Assembly (NCBI GenBank): GCA_002269645.1
Contig: NIVC01004320.1
Span: 1-50,659 of the forward strand
DNA length: 50,659 nucleotides
From: Macrostomum lignano
Lineage: Eukaryota
Direction: 5' to 3'
Each line of letters starts with the position of its first letter. Within the stretch, counting starts at the first letter, position 1. Positions 43,676-50,659 of this stretch are shown piece by piece. The notes beneath the pieces were generated by a model that was given only the letters and a program-made list of their open reading frames with translations, searched no databases and was not told the DNA's origin. The translations under genes and the position numbers were made by a program.

Positions 43676-44404
43676 TTTTTCTTCTGTCCTCCAACTAACT
43701 TCACTAACTGCCACCAAGTTTTTACAGGGGTTATTCCTATAGTTATCCTGATTATACTTGTTTTTACTCCCTAACTATTTCTTAGAATTTCATTTAAATA
43801 TTTCTGGGTAGCGTTCTTAGTAGCGTTTCTGGTAGCTTATGGCTTGCTTTCTGGTAGTGTTCTGGTAGCTTATGGCTTGCTTTCTGGTAGCATTCTGGTA
43901 GCTTATGGCCTGAGCGGTCTATAGTACTGGTATATGTATTAGTGAATAGTCCTAATCGGGTGTTACCGAGACTAGAGGGTCACGGTGCCTCTCGTAATAC
44001 TTCTGCGAATTATTCCCTGATTCCCTTTTCTTAGCAAATCTCTTTGAATTGTTTCTCAGACTTTGCAAATGAATAAGTCACTATTCAACTCGAAAGACTT
44101 TACAAGGTTTAGATTGAACAGTGAAACAAAATATTTGGTACAGTAAAACAAAATATTTATCTCATATTTCACACGAGTTTGGTTTCTAAGAAAACATACC
44201 TTTATTGCTCAATATTTGTACAGTATTGAAGCACTACTACACTAACCAATTTGGCAATAATGCTAATATTATTATTTGTTAAATGTGTTAAATAAGCTAT
44301 ACAATGATGATAGTAGAAAAAAATTAATATATGATAGGCCCTATTGAGCTTGTTAATATTAGTAACTTGATATATATTAAATATAAATATTATAATATTA
44401 CAAT

Positions 44405-44786
44405 CTAGGTTTTTTAAGGTTGGAAATCCAGTTGCTAGCTGGCCCTTGGGGCTCAAAATCCAGTTGCCAATGGCTATTTTTGGTTGCCCATTAGCATTGG
44501 CTACTAGCCAAATTCTTGAGGATAGATATTTCCAAGGCTATGTTTAAAAAGCAGAAATTTGTTCTTTTAACTCTAAGATTGCTATCTATATTGCAAATAA
44601 TAACAAAGTAACAATTCCATCATATTGATTCATATGGCACTTTTATTATATTTACAAAATCAATTTTTTGAAATTGGCAACTGGTACAGGAAAAATGAAG
44701 TTGCCAGATTGGCCTCTGATAACAAAAATTTGGTTGCCAAAGAGATTTTCAAGGGGCCAAAAATCCCATATGGCCCAAAAACCCAG
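44405..44786 (-). mobile_element. About 390-bp dispersed repeat/MITE, copy 2 (inverted)
   Basis: Diverged reverse complement of 42478-42867. Confidence 0.7.
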
Positions 44787-47700
44787 ATTATAATTATAGT
44801 TACTTAAAGTCACATAGTTACAAATCTTGACTTTTTTGGAAATCTTGAAACTGAGATTGAGATTGAAAAAAGTGCCAAGATCTTGACAATTAGGATTAAA
44901 ATTGAGATCTTGTTTGACCCTTAGTCAAAGCTTGAAAGTGATAATTAAGATGGCAAGGCTTATGAGAGAATTATTGAGATATCAAAACTTAGGGGATAGG
45001 AATTGCAACATTCCTTTGGTTTATGATCACCTCAAACAAAGACAATCACTACTTAAAATAGTTGTAAGACATAGAAACTGACAAAGGTGAAAGTATGTTG
45101 AGTATATTGAGCATGTTATATTTAATGATGCATTATTTTGATTATAAAAGGGGTTGCAAACATAAAAAATGATGCAAGTGAATAAATTAAGGTCGCCTAA
45201 AAAGGTTAAGAACCACTGATCTAAACTGCACCAGATACCCCCCTTTCCTATACCTAATTGTGCTAGCTTTCTAGAGTATATCTGCACTACTAAGGGCTCA
45301 TGCTAGACATTATTTTCAATAATGGCCATTTGCCATAATAGAAAGGCATAGCAAAAAGAAATGATTAATAATAAAAGATTATTACACTTAACACTAGTTA
45401 CACTAGGCCTGTTTGCTATCCATGAAATATTTGCTAGACTTGCCAGGGTTGCTATCTATTCTAGGGATATTTGCTATTAGGGAATGTTTACTATTTGGGG
45501 TGCATACTATCAAAAGAGATACTTTGCTATTTAGAAATACTTGCTATTTGGAATGTGCTTGCTATCTAATTTGCTTGCGATTAGTAAAGATGCTTTGCTA
45601 TTTAGGGATGCTTGCTATTTGGGAGTTGCTTACTATTTAAGGACGCTTGCTATTTACAAGATGTTTGCTAATAAGGAGATGCTTGCTATTTAGTTAAAGG
45701 ATGCTTGCTATCTAGGAGATGCTTTAATAGATTTTTGCTATTTGGGATTGCTTGCTTTTGGGAGATGCTTGCTATTTGGGGGATATTTGTTGTCTGGGAG
45801 ATGTTTTCTATTTAGGAAAAGTGCCCACTATTTTTATGAAGGCTTGCTATTTTTGTTGTATCCTTGTGTTTTTGAAAAAAAGAGATTTATAATAAACATC
45901 TTTGTCTAACAATTTTACTTGAATAAGGTAATAATTTTTCTTCTTCACTTATTGGCCACCTTAAATGGGGACTTTAGATTGCTGAGATATTAGGTAGGCT
46001 TTCTGGGGGAATGGCTAAAATGGTAAAGCTTATTAAAAATGCTCAAAGTTCAAGGTTCACTGGAAGAATTGCTAAGATTTCAAGGCTTACTAGGGGGTTT
46101 CTAAGATGTTAAGGCTTAGTGGGAGAATTGTTGAGATATCAAGGCTTAACAAGGGGAATTACTAAGATATCAAGCTTGAGGTCTAAAGCTACCTACATAT
46201 AGTTTTTTTCATTTTTTTAATTCTGAACAATTTTATTTAAGTAAAGGTGATTTACTAAACTAAATTAAGAATGCTTTTAATTTTTTTCATTTTAAAGGAT
46301 TCTCATAAATTTTCATTCTTTGCTTATTGGGCATCCTAAAAGGGGGCACTAGATTGCTTGTAGAATCTAAGACTATACAAAAACTTAAGTATCTATATAA
46401 ATTATCTTAATAACTTTTTTTAATTAGATGTATGGATTATACAAAGCATTTAATTAAAATAATAAAGAAGTAATAGCAAATTATTTTTAAGACGAAAAGA
46501 AAGAAGTCTATTATAGTTAAGTTAACACTATTTATCTAACCTCACCTTTTATGATTTTTAGCTATTTGCCAAAGATCAAAGTCAAATAGTAGTTACAAGG
46601 GTAATACTTTAGATAAGAAAGGCATTAAAGACTGCCATCAAAAACCAAAAGAAAATAATTTCTAAGAATGCTTGCTATAGACCTATGTTTTTGATAAATT
46701 AAATTAAGTGTGTAAATCATTAATTGTATACCTTAGGTATTGAGGAACTTTTGGTTTTTAATTGCAATTTATACTGAGTTTTTCTAGGGTAACTCTTAAG
46801 TTTTTGGGGTTTAGGACTAAAGCAATAGATTTTTCACTTTAAGTGCACATTGTGTAAATAGAATATATAGTAGGCTAAAGTCAAAATTAATATTTTAATT
46901 TTTAATGCAAATGGAGCTCTTAAGTCCTTAAGGTTAGATACTCTAGTAACAGAGCCATGTGCACATTGCATATATAAAGTGATAAAGGCTAAATTTAAGG
47001 TTAATGTTTAAATTCTCACTTCAAAAAGAGCTCCTAAGTCCCTAGATTTAGGAACTCACAATAAAAATTTATAGTACTATGTGCACATTGTAATCTATTA
47101 ATCTATATAACCCCTATTAATCTAGGTAATAGGGGTTAAAGTTATAAATATATTTTTTCAATACAAAGGCCTAAAGTAGTCCTTAATCTCTATAGTCAAG
47201 GACTCAAGCAATATATTTTCTATGCCACATATGCATTTTTGGTTAGTATAGTAAGGGTTGAAGTTAGGATAAATGTAATATTAGCCATTCTTCTTATGCA
47301 ATAAGAAGCATTCTTCTTGTGCAGTGTGTGATATATTAAAATTATACTATTGCCATTGGATTTAGTATCATTAAAAGTTATTGGAAGTTATTAGAAATCA
47401 ATTAACTATAGGTAGATAAGATAGAACCATTATAGATAGACTATGAGAAAAATTATGACTATAAATATAGTAAAGCTATAGAAAGCAAGGCAAATGCACT
47501 TATTAACAATAAAGAGCTAGCATTAGTCAAAGCTGGCATTAATATATAAGAGCAAGCAAGCAATACTATGTTTATTTCATAGCCTCATCATACAAAGAAA
47601 AAGTATGCTCAGAGTCCCATCCTAACCTAATCAACCCTAAGACTCTTCACATTACCAATTCCAGAACCAGAATCAGTTCGGATCTTCCAAGAAAAACAGC

Positions 47701-48419
47701 AGTATAACTATTTAACTCTGTTGATATTTGACTGCCTTTAACAGCCTTACTTTGCAAAATTTTTAACTTTCTTCTTGGCAATTTTCATTCAATAATTAAG
47801 AGTTTATAGCAGGTATATCCCACTAGTTAAGGAGACAAAAAATTATACTTTACAAATTGGTTCTGGTTCTAGAACCAGAACAAGCAATATGAAGAGCCTC
47901 CCTTACTAGCCAATCATAAAGCAGAGTTAGCCAATCATTGCTTCATAAATAGAGCCAATTATTTTGGAGGCTAAAAAACAATAAAAATAGGGCTTAAGCT
48001 AATTGGCTTAGGTGTACTTATCATATATGTAAGGGTGATTCAAATGAACAAAAACAAAGAATGAAATATATTGGATGACTCAACAAACCTTGTAGGTAAA
48101 ATGCATTTGTAGTTCAAGAGTGCCCAGTACAATAGTAGTTCTAAATGAACATTGACTGCAAAAACCAATGTGTTTCAACCCACTAGGGCCATGATCAAGG
48201 TATATTATTTATCAATCAACCAAACACTTAATATAAATAAACAATTGTACTATATAGTGTCAAATTGAAAATGGAAGATAAAAAATATACAAAAGAACAT
48301 AAAAAACTGAGGGTTGAAGTTAAGCAAGAAGAGAGAGTGAGAGAAGGAAAAATAAAATGTACATGCAAAGAACTGGTCAATCTCAAAACACCCTAAGAAG
48401 GTGACCCGCACCACTATGC

Positions 48420-49010
48420 AACAGCTGCACATAGAGGCTTGGGTTTTGAGCCTTGAAATGCAGTGCTTGCAGAATGCCAAGCTTGAATTCAGAATTGGAA
48501 CAATCAATAATCTTAAAAGCTCAATCTGTTCTCTGTCACAGCAGCTCTTGCACTCCAGAAGGTGGTCCTAGATTGCAGATTTCTTTAGCCAATGCTTCCT
48601 AACATTGGTGCCTTTTCGTTTTTCCCATGTATAAGATATTCTGATCATCAGAACAACAAAATTTATACATAACACCTGCAGCCAAAGCATGAGGAACATA
48701 GGACTTGAGCTTGCTAACAAATTGACCCACATTGACTAAATGCAAAAACAATCCTAATTAATACAAGGATTGAAATATATCCTCAAAGTGTAGTGTTCCA
48801 CGAACGTAGTGTTCCACTATTTCCAAAAATATCTCTCAAGTTTCTTTTTCAACAAGTTAGATAGGATACCATTGAAAGACAAGATCATTATAGGGTCATC
48901 CAGCTTTTCACCATGATTCTGCTGCAACCTGCTAGTAACCTTATCAGTGACAAACCTGAAAATTAAACAACTAATGAAATTGTTAGGGTATCCATTCATG
49001 CTGAAAATCC
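48420..49010 (-). mobile_element. Decayed Penelope-like retroelement fragment (RT C-terminus plus GIY-YIG endonuclease)
   Basis: NGYPNNFI...LSFNGILSNLLKKKL; KLKSYVPHALAAGVMYKFCC...LYMGKTKRH; SAI*DHLLECKSC; FKIIDCSNSEFKLGILQALHFKAQNPSLYVQ. Interrupted by stops and frameshifts. Confidence 0.8.
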
Positions 49011-50515
49011 TCTAATCAAATTGTTCACCTCTTTATCAAATGTGGACTCACCTCTTTATCAAAGGGAAAATTGCAGTCAATGTTGATTTTAAGCTTTATT
49101 TATTTGCTATTAATTAAGCGACCAACTCTACCACAATAGTAGTTCTATCTGGCATGTACCAATTGATACAAGTTACATATGACTTAGTTAACTTAGTCAA
49201 TCCAAACAGTCATGATTGCTTACCTTTTAGGCTTTTTTGTTATATATTTTAATTGTTTAAACAATGTTATCAAGTATAAAAGATAGAGAATTGGGTCATT
49301 ACTAGTCATTAATTTTACCAGAGTAAGCAAGTAGCTCCTAGGTTCCTACTTGTACTTTTATTACTCGACCTTTCAAGTATTGTATCATAAAATATATTTC
49401 ATAGATTGTATTGAATTCAGTTACATTATAGATGAATAAATTAGTATCAATAGTTATAGTATTTTAAATGCACTTCTGAACAGTTTTTAAAGAATTCGAT
49501 ATTAAAAATATGTTGACTTTCTATTAAGTAAAAGTAATTTGATGGCAACTGTTTTGTGTAGTATTGATATGATTTGCCTCAGACTGAATAGTTGATGTAT
49601 ACTAAAAATATTAGATATAAATTAGTATATGGATTTATTTATTCATAAATATCTATTCTGTTGTGATTAAAATAAAGACCTAAACATTTTGATTTAAACT
49701 CATATATAACACAATGGACCATATTGACTAAATAGATTATGATCTTTAAATTGTTTTTATTAGACTTGATACTGAAATTTTTACTGAAATGGCAATCTAA
49801 TTTCATTTATTTCAAAATTTGCATTTTCTCATTTACCTACTATAGCTTTATTAGATAAGCTTTTATTTATAAGCATTGGTATCTTTGAAAGTAGTATAGT
49901 TTGCACATCAGTTCTAATACAAACCAAAACTGTCTAACAATAATTTATTTAAGGCTTTCAATTGAATACAGGCATAGTTATGGCATAGCAATAAAGCAAA
50001 GACAAGCTGCTATGTCTGCATAGTTTTTGCTTAACTATGATTTCACCAATGCCATTTAATAAACAGTGGTGTTGTAAATAAATTCTCTTTGAAAACATTT
50101 CATTCATACCAAAGCACAAGTGCAAGGATATTGTCAATGGCCTCCTAATGTTGAGACAATGGTTAAAATGGGATTTTATTGTAGCTAGTTACTGGGCATA
50201 AAACTGACTGCTTCAGTACAATGCAGCACACATTGTTTTTTAATTGCAATGAACAACAATAAAAGTTTATATACTGGGGTGCAATGAGTGTTATATACTG
50301 GGATGCATGCTCGCAATATCGATAGGAAATGGTGTGAATTTTAGTCATATAGTTTTTGTGCATATTTACTTGAAAATACTTGTTGGTCGTGATTTTTTAT
50401 GCTTTTATAATGCTACTAAATAAAGTACCGACTTCAGAGGTTTAAGTTTTTGTGTCAGAAAATAGTAGAACATAAAAGCCGACCAACTCAGTATTGTCCA
50501 GATGCCTATGCCAGC

Positions 50516-50659
50516 TCAGCGTCTGCTGCAGATGCTGCTTGCAGTTGCTGATTCTCCTTCCGCCCTCACACTGAACAGTTGAATGAAAAGCTCAAAGAAT
50601 TCAAAGGTGCTGATAATGGACACGCCCAGCCACAGGCCGAGGATACCGCCGATGTCGGA
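50516..50659 (-). CDS. 3' end of a DEG/ENaC (amiloride-sensitive, ASIC/FaNaC-like) channel gene, truncated by the window edge
   Basis: SDIGGILGLWLGVSIISTFEFFELFIQLF...SRR* is the TM2 signature (DIGG-LGL-G-S-...E). Confidence 0.9.
   Translation of the reverse strand, partial: SDIGGILGLWLGVSIISTFEFFELFIQLFSVRAEGESATASSICSRR

Noticed and set aside
47905-48010. CCAAT-box cluster as the Nova promoter
   Set aside because: No supporting TSS evidence, and it adjoins degenerate repeat sequence.
37740-50363. Short ORFs in the AT-rich region
   Set aside because: No motifs except 48817-48999, which belongs to the Penelope relic.
50578-50659. Plus-strand exon LNEKLKEFKG...
   Set aside because: The opposite strand gives an unambiguous DEG/ENaC TM2 signature.

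Overview
Eukaryotic (animal) genomic DNA, not prokaryotic. GC-rich exons with minisatellite-packed introns resemble the flatworm Macrostomum, but that host is my inference only. (1) 1-~7687: one arm of an integrated Polinton/Maverick (adintovirus-like) element. All genes are on the minus strand: tandem-PC4 protein, RVE integrase with chromodomain, minor capsid, Lys-rich core-like protein, major capsid, adenain-like protease, packaging ATPase, pX-like small protein and another conserved Polinton ORF. There is a candidate AGTAGTAG terminus at 7687 with hairpin-rich subterminal arrays. No pPolB is visible; it may lie left of the window. The three clear frameshifts can each be repaired by adding one base to a homopolymer. 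(2) 8.8-35.2 kb: spliced host genes, namely a sushi/CCP type I membrane protein (+), a 15-exon M1 aminopeptidase (+), an unknown multi-TM protein (+), a weak orphan gene (-) and a Nova/pasilla 3-KH splicing factor (-). At least six introns in four genes carry tandem arrays built from copies of their own splice site. (3) 35.2-50.5 kb: AT-rich region with MITEs, a decayed Penelope-like element and a candidate Nova first coding exon. (4) The right edge holds the last coding segment of a DEG/ENaC channel (-). All calls come from manual reading and translation; no database search was run.
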